64,000 bases of DNA from a virus (IMGVR_UViG_3300030098_006079), one strand, 5' to 3'. Positions 36,985 to 47,518 are shown, counted from the stretch's first letter. Made by a program: numbers and translations. The notes: a model not told the origin generated them from the letters alone.

Positions 36985-37824
36985 GGTTACGTTCTTATAA
37001 AAGTTTTTTTCATTATACACATAGCGCCATGCTGTTGGTATATTTGTCTCTACAACTCTGTTTACATTTAAACTATGTGCTATTGCAAGCGGTGCTGTTT
37101 GATTGCCTATAAACATATTACAAGAGCCTATTATATTAACCATATCTTCTAAACTATTTATTTTTATAGGCTCTACATATTGTTTTAACAAAAAGTCATT
37201 ATATTGTTCTTGTTCATAAAATATAAATCCACATTTTTTACTTTGATTAATATATTTCAAGTAAATATCTTTTCTACTTTTATTGTTTAATCTCTCTAAA
37301 CGTTCTGTGAATTGTTTTTTGTAATAAGATATGTGCTTACCTTTAGTAGCTCTATCTATCCTGTTTATAATCAACCAATCTGTGTACTCTTTTCTCTTTT
37401 TTGTAGTAGTTATGTTAGTTAACTCTCGTGGCGGGTACTGTCCGTTTAAATATTTTTTAAAAAAGAATTCTGACCAGGTGAGTTTTTGAGATCTATATGA
37501 TTTAAATAAATTAAAATCTAGCGACCCTTTTTTTCGCCATGTCGTCATATCTATATCAATCTCTTCATCCGTATATACTTTAAAGTTATTGACATATTTT
37601 TGAGCGAACATTATATTTTTCAAATCCTTATATGTTTTTTGTAGACCATATCTAAATTTCTCACCGTGTTCACACAAATATATGTTTGATTTTATTTTAA
37701 ATGTTTTATACAGGTAGCTTGGAATGCATAAACTGTAAAAAAAATCCCCTAACCTCCCACACAGTAAAATCGATACTGTAGATTTATTTAAAAACTCATT
37801 CATATAATGTTTTATAATCGACAT
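36973..37824 (-). CDS. GT9 (heptosyltransferase)-like protein
   Basis: GRLGDFFYSL and MFIGNQTAPLAIAHSL. Confidence 0.55.
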   Translation of the reverse strand: MSIIKHYMNEFLNKSTVSILLCGRLGDFFYSLCIPSYLYKTFKIKSNIYLCEHGEKFRYGLQKTYKDLKNIMFAQKYVNNFKVYTDEEIDIDMTTWRKKGSLDFNLFKSYRSQKLTWSEFFFKKYLNGQYPPRELTNITTTKKRKEYTDWLIINRIDRATKGKHISYYKKQFTERLERLNNKSRKDIYLKYINQSKKCGFIFYEQEQYNDFLLKQYVEPIKINSLEDMVNIIGSCNMFIGNQTAPLAIAHSLNVNRVVETNIPTAWRYVYNEKNFYKNVTLLH

Positions 37825-38644
37825 GCATTATATTTCGCTTAGTCTCTTCTGTAGGTCTCCACTTACCCGAGGTAGATAGGTAAGTTTCATCAGTTAAACC
37901 ATATATACAAGGACCAGCATAGTGTATAAAGTTTGCTTTATATCGATCATTATTAAGATCTCTATCTCGAAAGCTCATTCTATTATATTCAAATGATACA
38001 GATTCGGTTTTTACGTCAAATTTTTGTAAAAGAGTGTTAATATAGTTTTGATCTCCAAAATCATACATATATTGTAAATTATGTATACTTGAAAACTTCT
38101 TATAATTTACAATATGGTCGATTGCATGTTTTCCATACAGCTGTACACCAGCATTATAATATTCGTAATTTGATAATAAGTTTTTTCTCCATGTAATATC
38201 GTGATTGTTTTTGATAATCGCATCAATATATTTTTTTCTATTACAGTTATTAGATTCATCATATGCATAAAATTTGTTTGTATCTGAATATGTGTTAAAA
38301 ATATTTTTTGCGTTTGGAGTTACTAAAATATCATTATCTAAATATAACACTTGATCATATCCTCTGTTAAATAAAGTTAAGCATTGATATTTTTCGAAAT
38401 ATGCTTTAGACTGATCGTAGTTTTTTGTACCGTATTTTATTTTATAGTCTATACATGGTAAGTTTACAGAATCTTTATATGTAGTTATACTTGTTGTATA
38501 AAAATTTTCTATCCAATTTACTGGTATTTTCGCTATGTAATGATCTATATTATATTTCTCACAATATAAATTTTGAGTATGTATACATTTATCCCAATGT
38601 GGCTTTTGTTCACCTATATATACATTACATAATGCACGTTTCAT
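37796..38644 (-). CDS. GT8-like glycosyltransferase
   Basis: VLYLDNDIL, YYNAGV, DQNYIN, FIHYAG. Confidence 0.75.
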   Translation of the reverse strand: MKRALCNVYIGEQKPHWDKCIHTQNLYCEKYNIDHYIAKIPVNWIENFYTTSITTYKDSVNLPCIDYKIKYGTKNYDQSKAYFEKYQCLTLFNRGYDQVLYLDNDILVTPNAKNIFNTYSDTNKFYAYDESNNCNRKKYIDAIIKNNHDITWRKNLLSNYEYYNAGVQLYGKHAIDHIVNYKKFSSIHNLQYMYDFGDQNYINTLLQKFDVKTESVSFEYNRMSFRDRDLNNDRYKANFIHYAGPCIYGLTDETYLSTSGKWRPTEETKRNIMHVDYKTLYE

Positions 38645-39738
38645 TTTTTAAACGGGAAAGCAAGGGCAAATTGCTGAGCTCTTTCTAATGCTGTTTTATT
38701 GTTTAAGCTCCATCTTTTTATTAAGCTGTATTTTAAAAAATTTAATTCTGATCTTCCTGGAGTAACTAAAATTTTACCGTCAGTAACTACGTTTTCTTTA
38801 ATTTCATTTCTATTAATTAATCTCACATCTCTGCGATCATATATTCTATTAGCCTGTAAATTGTAATTTAATAAAAACTGTCCTTGTATACAATGATCAG
38901 ATTGAGATATAAAAAACTTACGGTAATTTCTATCATTATTTTTCATATCTTTTGATAATGTAATAAGATAGTTTTCAAACCAATTTTTAAACATTATATC
39001 TGCACCCTCTCTATTGCATACTAATGTCCAATCATTAAATGCTAGTCTTATATTATAATCTTCTTTGTATTTTAACCAAATATCTTTATCTTTTAACAAT
39101 TGATATTTGTTATTATAAAATTTACTAACAGCTAGATTTAACCCGTCATTAGACTCTCCGTTAATTTTTTTTGTTAAATCTAAAAATCGAAGCGCTACTG
39201 CATTTATTGTAGGTTTTTCTTTTTCAACATTTAAATAGTACTTTTCTTTATATGTATTATACTCTTCAATTGAACTATAACATTCAGGTATACGATATAT
39301 TACGTCTGTACGGGCCTTTATTATTAAATCGTATTTCATATTATGAGTTTGTTCATAATTCTCTATAGCCTTAAAACACTTTTTCATACTCCAGTGTTGT
39401 CCGAATTTATAATACATACTAGGAATGTTACCACCTATAGGGAGAGCTCGATCTATTAATTCAGTCGCTGTATAACTAATATTATTACATGCGATATCTA
39501 ATTCATCATAATTATCTATTGTAAGATACCTTAGATTACTAAACGTATCGCCTATTTCATCTTCTAATTCATTTTTTTCATATGTGTGTTCTTCTCCGCA
39601 TGGTACATAACCTATATTATCCCAAAAATGCGCAAAATAATCTACATTGTGATTTGGAAAATCAAACTCTTGTTTAATTAACTCCTTTGTTATATTAAAA
39701 AATCGAGGCTGCCCAAACAATAGTATCGCAACATTCAT
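38641..39738 (-). CDS. Putative glycosyltransferase, GQPR/RxD family (copy 1)
   Basis: VAILLFGQPRF, FAHFWD, YDLIIKARTD. Confidence 0.55.
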   Translation of the reverse strand: MNVAILLFGQPRFFNITKELIKQEFDFPNHNVDYFAHFWDNIGYVPCGEEHTYEKNELEDEIGDTFSNLRYLTIDNYDELDIACNNISYTATELIDRALPIGGNIPSMYYKFGQHWSMKKCFKAIENYEQTHNMKYDLIIKARTDVIYRIPECYSSIEEYNTYKEKYYLNVEKEKPTINAVALRFLDLTKKINGESNDGLNLAVSKFYNNKYQLLKDKDIWLKYKEDYNIRLAFNDWTLVCNREGADIMFKNWFENYLITLSKDMKNNDRNYRKFFISQSDHCIQGQFLLNYNLQANRIYDRRDVRLINRNEIKENVVTDGKILVTPGRSELNFLKYSLIKRWSLNNKTALERAQQFALAFPFKK

Positions 39739-39742
39739 AATA

Positions 39743-40315
39743 TTATATTATACACATTCTGTGTATACTCCATGGCTTTCCTTTCCAATCTCTTTTTTCA
39801 TTTTCAAAATTAAGTTTATCGTAAATATCTAAATCTGCTGGTTTCACGTAATATTGGTTGTAAAACTTCTCGCTCCATTTATAACCTTTACGCTCGAATG
39901 TTATTACCCCGTCGTATTTTTCATAATCCATAATAAATGCAACTTCGAAATCAATAATATAAATAGTGTTATTATTAATACAAATATTTGACGGGTGTAT
40001 GTCTTTATATAAAATGTTATTTTTCTTTAGATTATAAAATATATTTTCTAGTTGTAATTCTATGTTGTTTATTGTACCTTTATCATGTTGTTCCACGATT
40101 GTATTACCACAATATGACATAGAGAATGATAAATTGCTATAATTTATTTTTTTTAATACTGGAAACGGATATATGTTGTAGTATTTTTTTTCAAAATTTT
40201 CTTTTAGTATTTTTAAACAAGTAATTTCGTTGTTAAAAAATACATCTCTCCCAGGAGCAAATTCTTTATATACTAAATTTTGTTCTCTATCAAATGATAT
40301 GTTTGTTTTCTTCAC
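39743..40315 (-). CDS. Protein-kinase-fold small-molecule/sugar kinase
   Basis: VYKEF, NEI..L, catalytic loop YKDIHPSNI, IIDFE. Confidence 0.65.
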   Translation of the reverse strand: MKKTNISFDREQNLVYKEFAPGRDVFFNNEITCLKILKENFEKKYYNIYPFPVLKKINYSNLSFSMSYCGNTIVEQHDKGTINNIELQLENIFYNLKKNNILYKDIHPSNICINNNTIYIIDFEVAFIMDYEKYDGVITFERKGYKWSEKFYNQYYVKPADLDIYDKLNFENEKRDWKGKPWSIHRMCII

Positions 40316-40317
40316 AA

Positions 40318-41145
40318 TTATAGATATTCATTATATAAAGTTTTAATTTGTTTTAAAATGGTTAATATATCTTTATTATCTTCCTTTCTACATATTGTAT
40401 CCATCAATCGTTTGATGCGCTCTATATTTAATTTTAGTATATTTTGCTGTTCTTTATGTGTGAACGGGCTTGTGTCACCAATAAACTGCCAGTGATCAGC
40501 TAATGTATTTAAAAAACATAAACTTGATGGGTGCCATATATACAAATTAAAATATGTATTATGATATGTAACTTTATTTTTTTGTGTATAATCTGAAATT
40601 TTGCGGTGATTAGATAACTTATTTAACATATTTAACTCCTCGTCGTTTTTTCTATAACAAAAGTGACTTGATTTGATTTTATGATACTTAAGTTTATTGT
40701 TTTGAGTTGTAGGTGTATGGTCTGAGTATACTACTTTATTTTTTCCTTTCCAATAATGTACGTTAGGCCATATATAAATGTTTAATCCTGGAGTTATATT
40801 AATATCATGTATAGTAGGTAGTATAAAATCATCATCATCTTGCGAAAAAATCACATAATCCTCTGTCTTTGCGCATGTATTAGTTATAAAATCTTGATAC
40901 TCTGTATCATTATATAATATAGTATCAAAATAATCTATTTTTCTTGTGTTTTCCAACGACAACTCTCTTAGCTTACGTCTAAACTCGAGATATGATATAC
41001 CAAACGTATCTTCCCACAAGGTAAATACACTTTTTTTCCAAGATAGTGACAGTTTATTTGCAAAATTAAATACTGACGTATTTTTTTCTTTTTTTAATTC
41101 TAAAAAATAATCTTTTTCTCCCCTTATATGAAAAATTTTTTTCAT
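40318..41145 (-). CDS. Hypothetical protein, possibly GT-A-like
   Basis: FSQDDDDFILP acidic motif; located within the glycan island. Confidence 0.45.
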   Translation of the reverse strand: MKKIFHIRGEKDYFLELKKEKNTSVFNFANKLSLSWKKSVFTLWEDTFGISYLEFRRKLRELSLENTRKIDYFDTILYNDTEYQDFITNTCAKTEDYVIFSQDDDDFILPTIHDINITPGLNIYIWPNVHYWKGKNKVVYSDHTPTTQNNKLKYHKIKSSHFCYRKNDEELNMLNKLSNHRKISDYTQKNKVTYHNTYFNLYIWHPSSLCFLNTLADHWQFIGDTSPFTHKEQQNILKLNIERIKRLMDTICRKEDNKDILTILKQIKTLYNEYL

Positions 41146-42143
41146 TTTCTCCGTTCTAAATTTTCCATTTGTTTTAATTTTTGATTTATACTCGGTATAC
41201 CGCTTCTTAATTCACAATCAGTGTATTTTAACAGTAAGTATGGTACGAATGTATGTGACGTGGGTTGAAATAATGTAGCTTTTCGGATTGTTTCTATTGT
41301 AGTGTTATTACACTCAGTAACAGAACTTAAAGCACTACTATAAAAAACGTCGCCTTTGATCTGTACCATATATTCTAATAAATCTTTCTCGTAATTTTTA
41401 AATACTTCTTCTGAAAGTGTGTCAGAATTACCAACAAAATAGCAATATTCGACATGTATAGGTAAGTTAATTGATCTTGTTTTTCTTATTTGTTCTTGTA
41501 AAAAATTATTCCCTTTTATATATAAAGACGGAAAATAGACGTTAGTTCTAGGGCCTGATCTCCCATTATTCGGATGATTTTTTATATCAAAAAGCTTATT
41601 TAAATTTTTATAAAACAGCTCTACGTCTGTTCTTGATCTAAGAACAAAATCATAATGTATATTATTTTGTTTTTCGTATTCAATCCTCATCATTTGCGCT
41701 TTGCACATACTATATAATTGAGAATACCATGGATGATTTGTATATTTTATATGTTTTTCGAGCAGATTCTTATCAATAACTATATCTAATAACCTTATTT
41801 CTTTACCTTCTTTTCGCTCTTTATATATTATACCGTAATCATTTATTAATTTTTGACTATATTCATAAATATCATTTATTTTCGGGTCTAATGTTTGTTT
41901 ATCTTCAAAAATACCGTACGTAGGTTGTATAGTGTTTTGTATAAATTCGGTATTTACTTTTTCTATTACAGGTTCTTCCCGTATTTCTTTTTGCCTTTTA
42001 GTTATATCAGACCACAAATGATAAAATACATCTAAATTCACATTAGGGTCGTTTTTAAGCTGCTGTATCCCCGGGATACATCTCTCATAGTATCGCGGCT
42101 CTCCACTTAGACATAATGCTATGTTTAATACACTATCACTCAT
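41142..42143 (-). CDS. Putative glycosyltransferase, GQPR/RxD family (copy 2)
   Basis: IALCLSGEPR, FYHLW, SQLYS, YDFVLRSRTD. Confidence 0.55.
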   Translation of the reverse strand: MSDSVLNIALCLSGEPRYYERCIPGIQQLKNDPNVNLDVFYHLWSDITKRQKEIREEPVIEKVNTEFIQNTIQPTYGIFEDKQTLDPKINDIYEYSQKLINDYGIIYKERKEGKEIRLLDIVIDKNLLEKHIKYTNHPWYSQLYSMCKAQMMRIEYEKQNNIHYDFVLRSRTDVELFYKNLNKLFDIKNHPNNGRSGPRTNVYFPSLYIKGNNFLQEQIRKTRSINLPIHVEYCYFVGNSDTLSEEVFKNYEKDLLEYMVQIKGDVFYSSALSSVTECNNTTIETIRKATLFQPTSHTFVPYLLLKYTDCELRSGIPSINQKLKQMENLERRK

Positions 42144-42939
42144 AAGGTTCTAAAATTTTTTCCCAATTATTTTTATAGATATAATTTACTTTATCTTTTC
42201 TCGTTATATCTTGTAACCGTAATCTTGGTTTTAATCTATTATGGTTTATTTCCTCCATTATTTTACTTTTATGTAGTGTGTATGTCATGAAACATTCTTC
42301 TCTTATACAGTTTCTATTAATAAGACATGCTTTTAATAATTCATCATAACTCCATAATTTACCTATATTATGTTTAAAGTTTTTTGTTAAACAGAATACT
42401 TGCGCATTAACTCTATCTTGACACTCATTAATTTGCTCATTTGTATACCCTTCAAGTAGAAGCATTTTTCGAGCTACATGTAATGGATGGTTATTCGCCG
42501 GATTATTTTTCAAGTTACAATAAAAAAAATTATCAAAGGAATTTAAATTAAATGATTGGAAAGCCTTTCGTCTATTTATTAATACTGTATCCTCTGCGTC
42601 TATCATGGGCATCATATCACAATCTAAAAAAAGCATCTTTTCATAATTAGATCTATAAAAATCTTGAAAAACTTCTAGTTTAGTAGACCAAGCTTTTCTT
42701 GAATGTAATCGCTGAACATCTTCTGTATTTCCTGTTTCCCATTGTTTAATTTTTGGGTGTTTTTTTCCCGCTTCTTTAAATATATCTTCTACTTCTTGTG
42801 GAACGTAATCTATGCATTTAAAATCTGCATTTATAGATTTAGCCCATTTTTCCATCCCCTGTATATTTGGTAATAAGTTTTTCGCGACTTGTTGTAATGT
42901 ATTAGGGTATGTACATACAGTATAAACTATTGTTTTCAT
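42136..42939 (-). CDS. GT8-like / nucleotide-diphospho-sugar transferase-like protein
   Basis: WSTKL, MLFLDCD. Confidence 0.5.
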   Translation of the reverse strand: MKTIVYTVCTYPNTLQQVAKNLLPNIQGMEKWAKSINADFKCIDYVPQEVEDIFKEAGKKHPKIKQWETGNTEDVQRLHSRKAWSTKLEVFQDFYRSNYEKMLFLDCDMMPMIDAEDTVLINRRKAFQSFNLNSFDNFFYCNLKNNPANNHPLHVARKMLLLEGYTNEQINECQDRVNAQVFCLTKNFKHNIGKLWSYDELLKACLINRNCIREECFMTYTLHKSKIMEEINHNRLKPRLRLQDITRKDKVNYIYKNNWEKILEPYE

Positions 42940-44699
42940 TTTAGTTTTTCTATTAAGTATTTTTTATCTAAAAATAAATAATCTAGATCTGTAGTTTCAA
43001 GCGCTTCAAACGCACTTGAATATCTAGTTAGAATTGGTTTACCTTTTATATTAAAGGATGTGTTTAATATTACTGGTATAAGATCTTGATTTTCCATTTC
43101 ACATAAAATATCGTAAAAAAAGCTATGTTGTTCTCTTGTTACTGTTTGTAATCTCGCTGTATTGTCTATATGAGTTATAGATTGTAATTTTTCTCTATAC
43201 TCTTCCCGTACTGTAGGTGCAAAACTCATATATGGAGAATCAAAAGCATTTTCAAAAAATTTATTTTTATCTTCTTGACGGCACACAGGTGCAAACGGTC
43301 GATACCATTCTCTAAATTTTATCTTCGCGTTTAGTATATCTTTCATACCAGGGTCAGGTTTACAAATTATACTTCTATTACCTAACGCTCTCGGTCCTAA
43401 CTCAGATTTATCATGAGCACACCCTATAATTTTACCTTTTTTAATCTGTGCTACAACATCAGAGATAGTAGATGTTGTTTTTAAGTTGTATTTTTCTTTA
43501 TATGGTTCTATGCTATCTAGCATTGGTATACCATTATATGCGAGGTTAGGTCTTCTTTTTGGAAACTCTAAAAAGAACATACCTTGACTCAAACCGGAGT
43601 CGTTCGGGTTATTACAAACAAAAACATCTAGATTATAATCTTCTTTAAATACTTCCGCAATGCGCTGATTTACTAAAACATTAAGCGCACAACCACCTGT
43701 TAATATAATAGGTATTTTTTTTCGCTTACCAAGAGGATGTAACACTTCAAGTACTACTTCTTCCATTGCTTGTTGTAATGATGCTGCATAATCTGCTGCT
43801 TCCTCTACTGGAATGTTTTCTAAATATTCGTTTCGATTAGTATGATAACTTCTTGCAGCGTCTTTAAACCAGCCTTTAAACTCTTCTACTACATCTTTTT
43901 TAGCTTTTCCGTATGCCGTATACCCCATGTATTTACCAGGTGCTGCCAGTCTTGTATCTGACTCTTTATGTCGTAAACTTAACCAATCTATTTTACCGTT
44001 TGGATATTTTATTTTCGCATTAACGCTAACCATAGTATATGGCCCACCATAACGGTATGGTTTTGTTGTTTTTACGTATTTTATACCGTATTTTTTATTA
44101 AAGTTTTTTGCATAGAATAAAATACCAGTATTATAATCTAAACCTTTTATTTTTTTAAGTGTTTTTTCACATTCTGGTTCTCTACGTGATGTACGTAAGG
44201 TGTCACCAGAACCGTCGAATGAAAATATAAAACATTCTTCAAATTCTTGCGGTGCTTGATAATAACCGCTAGCGGCGTGCGCATAATGATGGTTAGGTTT
44301 AAATATAATTTTTGCTTCTTTGAAGATAGGTTTTAACATATCGTTAAAAACTTTTATAAAATGCGGATCAAAACCGAAGGTGCTTTTATGTTTATTTCGT
44401 TCTGCGCTTCTTAATTTTAAAATATTTGGATCTTCATACACTCTAGCTCTGTGTATAATTAAGACGATCTTTTTAATTATGCTCGGATCTTTTACTAATG
44501 TAGAAAGGTATTCTAGGTATGGTTTAAACGCTGTATCAATACAAGATACACCTCTGAACCATGCTCGTGCTCTGTTATATTTCGTATTAGCCCAGCGGTC
44601 GTATTCTATTGTTGTTAGTTGATTGTTTTTATCAACCAAAGTCGCATTTACGTCATGACTTACTGCATATATTGTGAGTAAATTCTCTTCTTTTATCAT
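42936..44699 (-). CDS. Carbamoyltransferase (NodU/CmcH family)
   Basis: SHD, HHYAHAAS, FDGSG, GKYMG, GGCALN, NDSG, ELGPRALGNRS, KFREWYRPFAP, HIDNTARLQ, LNTSFN. Confidence 0.92.
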   Translation of the reverse strand: MIKEENLLTIYAVSHDVNATLVDKNNQLTTIEYDRWANTKYNRARAWFRGVSCIDTAFKPYLEYLSTLVKDPSIIKKIVLIIHRARVYEDPNILKLRSAERNKHKSTFGFDPHFIKVFNDMLKPIFKEAKIIFKPNHHYAHAASGYYQAPQEFEECFIFSFDGSGDTLRTSRREPECEKTLKKIKGLDYNTGILFYAKNFNKKYGIKYVKTTKPYRYGGPYTMVSVNAKIKYPNGKIDWLSLRHKESDTRLAAPGKYMGYTAYGKAKKDVVEEFKGWFKDAARSYHTNRNEYLENIPVEEAADYAASLQQAMEEVVLEVLHPLGKRKKIPIILTGGCALNVLVNQRIAEVFKEDYNLDVFVCNNPNDSGLSQGMFFLEFPKRRPNLAYNGIPMLDSIEPYKEKYNLKTTSTISDVVAQIKKGKIIGCAHDKSELGPRALGNRSIICKPDPGMKDILNAKIKFREWYRPFAPVCRQEDKNKFFENAFDSPYMSFAPTVREEYREKLQSITHIDNTARLQTVTREQHSFFYDILCEMENQDLIPVILNTSFNIKGKPILTRYSSAFEALETTDLDYLFLDKKYLIEKLK

Positions 44700-44703
44700 A
44701 ATA

Positions 44704-45843
44704 TTATGTATTTTGTTCTATTTCCCCACCACTAGCAATTATTTTGTATTGTTCTTTTAGTGGTATATTATTATCTGCTAAAACTCTTATTTTAGATCTA
44801 TCTAATATACATTGTTTAGTATTTTTATTTGCTATTTTCATTATACGTTGAGGTATAATCATTTTATTAAAATATTCATACCCTAATTCCCCAGCATTAA
44901 TACCTTCTCTACCTAATACTTCACCACATACAATCTCTCCTGCTGCCCAGTTAATATCTATACCATAAGTTTTTAATAAATAGCGTGATTTTTCTACCAT
45001 ATCATATATTGTATCAAAATAACTTTTTATACTTCGAAGCATTTCAGTACCGCTACCTAAAATATACCAATCTTTCATATGTAAATATTGAGTTTTAGGT
45101 TTATAGATATCACAATCTCCTTTGTGTCGTTTTTTCGCATACATTGTTTCATTTAAAACCGATAACTCTTCGTATATAGTTCTGTTTATAGGTTGATGAT
45201 CTGTATGATTACCAGATTTATCTACTGCACCGTCCCATATTTGTAAGTCACCAAACTTACAAAATATACCTCTTTCTTGTTTTTCTAAACGATGATAAAA
45301 TAGTTTTTTATCAAATCTATAAAACCGTTCATCTTCGTACATATCAGGTGTAACGAACATTAGATCAGTTCTAATTCTAAAAATATAATCATATTCTTCT
45401 TCTATTAAATTCGCTACTCTTTCTAATGATGTAAATTGACCAAGATAATATTTTAAATGTTCAGGTTCACATATTTCAAAAATACTTTTTCCGAGATTGA
45501 GAGGTATCATCTTACCGTCTTCTTTGTAGAAATAATTTAAACCACCTTTTAACCCGTTTACAAATTCAAATAACTCATTACATTTTTCAGTTAGTGGTTG
45601 ATAATCAGTAAATTCATATTTTTTCGGTTTATAAATATCTAAGATTTTTTGTTTTTCTTCTTCAGTTATAGTTTCTTCAGGATCATGACTATGATATGCT
45701 ATTTTATCCCAAAAATGAAAGTAGTAATCAGTTGTACATCCTTCAAAAGTTGTCTCTCGTAAGATACTTTCGTAGCTTAAGTCCCAAAACCTTGGTTGTC
45801 CGTATAATAATACTGCTAATTTCATTTTATACTTTTTGTACAA
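44704..45843 (-). CDS. Putative glycosyltransferase, GQPR/RxD family (copy 3)
   Basis: LAVLLYGQPRF, YFHFWD, GQFTS, YDYIFRIRTD. Confidence 0.55.
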   Translation of the reverse strand: MYKKYKMKLAVLLYGQPRFWDLSYESILRETTFEGCTTDYYFHFWDKIAYHSHDPEETITEEEKQKILDIYKPKKYEFTDYQPLTEKCNELFEFVNGLKGGLNYFYKEDGKMIPLNLGKSIFEICEPEHLKYYLGQFTSLERVANLIEEEYDYIFRIRTDLMFVTPDMYEDERFYRFDKKLFYHRLEKQERGIFCKFGDLQIWDGAVDKSGNHTDHQPINRTIYEELSVLNETMYAKKRHKGDCDIYKPKTQYLHMKDWYILGSGTEMLRSIKSYFDTIYDMVEKSRYLLKTYGIDINWAAGEIVCGEVLGREGINAGELGYEYFNKMIIPQRIMKIANKNTKQCILDRSKIRVLADNNIPLKEQYKIIASGGEIEQNT

Positions 45844-46441
45844 CTAATAACGACATCGATCTCTCTATTACTTTACATTTTTTTGTGCTTATTAATAATT
45901 CATCTACAGCTTTCGCAACAGCGACATTTTCTTTCATTGCGTCATCGATGTAATCCTTCTCATCCAGATAATCATGAAAAATAGCAAACCCTGACAACGT
46001 TAAATTATCCCAAAAATTAAGTATATCTTTTTTTACACCTTCATACCTATGGTCTCCATCAACAAACAAAATATCGTAAGTATGGTTTAATTTTATATTT
46101 TCAGACTTATCTTTAATTAATGTAAGTTGTCCAGTTTCAATAAATTGGTTTACAAAATCTTGTGAATTTTTTGTTGTCTTATCTATGCTGATCACTGGTA
46201 CATTTGAACTTTCAGCAATTAAGTATGTAGATCCTCCAAACCTATGACCTATTTCTACTATTCTTTTTTTTGCTTGTTTACAATATTTTAGTAACACTTC
46301 AGCTTCCGGTATATAAAGTCGAATCCAACTACGACCACCTATATATTTTCGTCCGTTCTTTTCTTTAATCCATAAATGCCGATACTTTTTATCTAAAGTT
46401 GTAATATCTTCCCATTTTTCATGTTTTCTTGGCTTCTTCAT
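45827..46441 (-). CDS. Class I SAM methyltransferase (Methyltransf_24-like)
   Basis: VEIGHRFGGST, SID, FVDGDHRYEGVKKD, FHDY. Confidence 0.85.
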   Translation of the reverse strand: MKKPRKHEKWEDITTLDKKYRHLWIKEKNGRKYIGGRSWIRLYIPEAEVLLKYCKQAKKRIVEIGHRFGGSTYLIAESSNVPVISIDKTTKNSQDFVNQFIETGQLTLIKDKSENIKLNHTYDILFVDGDHRYEGVKKDILNFWDNLTLSGFAIFHDYLDEKDYIDDAMKENVAVAKAVDELLISTKKCKVIERSMSLLVVQKV

Positions 46442-46444
46442 AGA

Positions 46445-47503
46445 CTAATCAGTTATAAAATCAGTTAAATTACCCCAATCATGGTTGTGATAAAAATAAT
46501 TTCGGTTTAATACCTTTAAAAACATAACATGCTCTGGGTGACTTGAGTCAAAAATGTTATGTATTTGAAATTCCTTGTCTGTAAATGTACCCCAGTTGTA
46601 TATTCTCGATGTATATGAGTTAAAATTATGAGCTTGTGCAATTTGAATAAACTCAGGTATACTTTTATAGTTATTTTTTTGTACACACATGTCTAATCTT
46701 ACTTCTTTTAATCCAATCTGTTGTATGAAGTGAAGATTCTTCATTAATCGGTTCCAATCTCCTCCAACTCTAACTTTATCGTAGTGGTCTTGTATGCCTG
46801 CGTCTAAACTAATTATAGCGCTAATATTATCTGTAATTTTATGAAGATTTTTTAATCGTTCCCATCTATTCTCATCAAACAAAACTCCGTTTGTTTGTAA
46901 GCTGATACTTATTTCCGGGTTCTTCTTTAAATCAATCTTTTTCATTAACTCAAAGAAAGATGGAGAGCCAAATGGATCACCTGAACCTGTAATATTAAGC
47001 TGTACTTTATGAGGTTTACTATGAATCATTCGCAATAAGCGTTTATTAATCATCATAGTAGTTTTATACTTGTCAGGATTATTTTTCTCTCCGTACTGAA
47101 TCAAATTTTTTCTACAACTAGGACATTTTAAGTTACAGGATTTATCGTAGCATAAATTAATTGTGTTAGGAGGTTGTGCTACATCCATTTCAAACTCTAA
47201 AATGAATTTCATTTGATCCCCATACTTACCATCTAGGACATCTTGTCTTGTCGGTAAGGTTCCGTTTTGTATTTTAGGACATTCTTCATGATTACACATA
47301 CTAAATGACCCATCGAGAATAGATCTGCGAAACATTTTACTGCGCTTACTATTCCATTCTTCGTAAAAGTCTAAATCAGGAGTAAGATCTCCAATCCTAT
47401 TGTGGTTAACCCATCGTGGACAGCAATTAAATAATCCTTTTTCTTGTATTTCCAGAAACGTCCATGGATGTTCACAAAATTTAGTTGAAAGATCCTTTTG
47501 CAT
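46445..47503 (-). CDS. Radical SAM protein with N-terminal SPASM/twitch-like Cys cluster
   Basis: CEHPW, NCC, C...CP, CNLKCPSC, GSGDPF, LQTNG, SLDA. Confidence 0.8.
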   Translation of the reverse strand: MQKDLSTKFCEHPWTFLEIQEKGLFNCCPRWVNHNRIGDLTPDLDFYEEWNSKRSKMFRRSILDGSFSMCNHEECPKIQNGTLPTRQDVLDGKYGDQMKFILEFEMDVAQPPNTINLCYDKSCNLKCPSCRKNLIQYGEKNNPDKYKTTMMINKRLLRMIHSKPHKVQLNITGSGDPFGSPSFFELMKKIDLKKNPEISISLQTNGVLFDENRWERLKNLHKITDNISAIISLDAGIQDHYDKVRVGGDWNRLMKNLHFIQQIGLKEVRLDMCVQKNNYKSIPEFIQIAQAHNFNSYTSRIYNWGTFTDKEFQIHNIFDSSHPEHVMFLKVLNRNYFYHNHDWGNLTDFITD

Positions 47504-47504
47504 G

Positions 47505-47518
47505 TATAATTAATTATA
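47505..47518. promoter_or_regulatory. Perfect 14-bp palindrome giving back-to-back TATAAT boxes between divergent genes
   Basis: TATAATTAATTATA lies in the 20-nt gap between starts at 47503 (-) and 47524 (+). Confidence 0.4.

Noticed and set aside
46445-47503. Radical SAM gene as a deazaguanine-modifying enzyme (DpdM-like)
   Set aside because: It sits among glycan genes with a SPASM-like architecture, and I see no sequence evidence tying it to preQ1 methylation.
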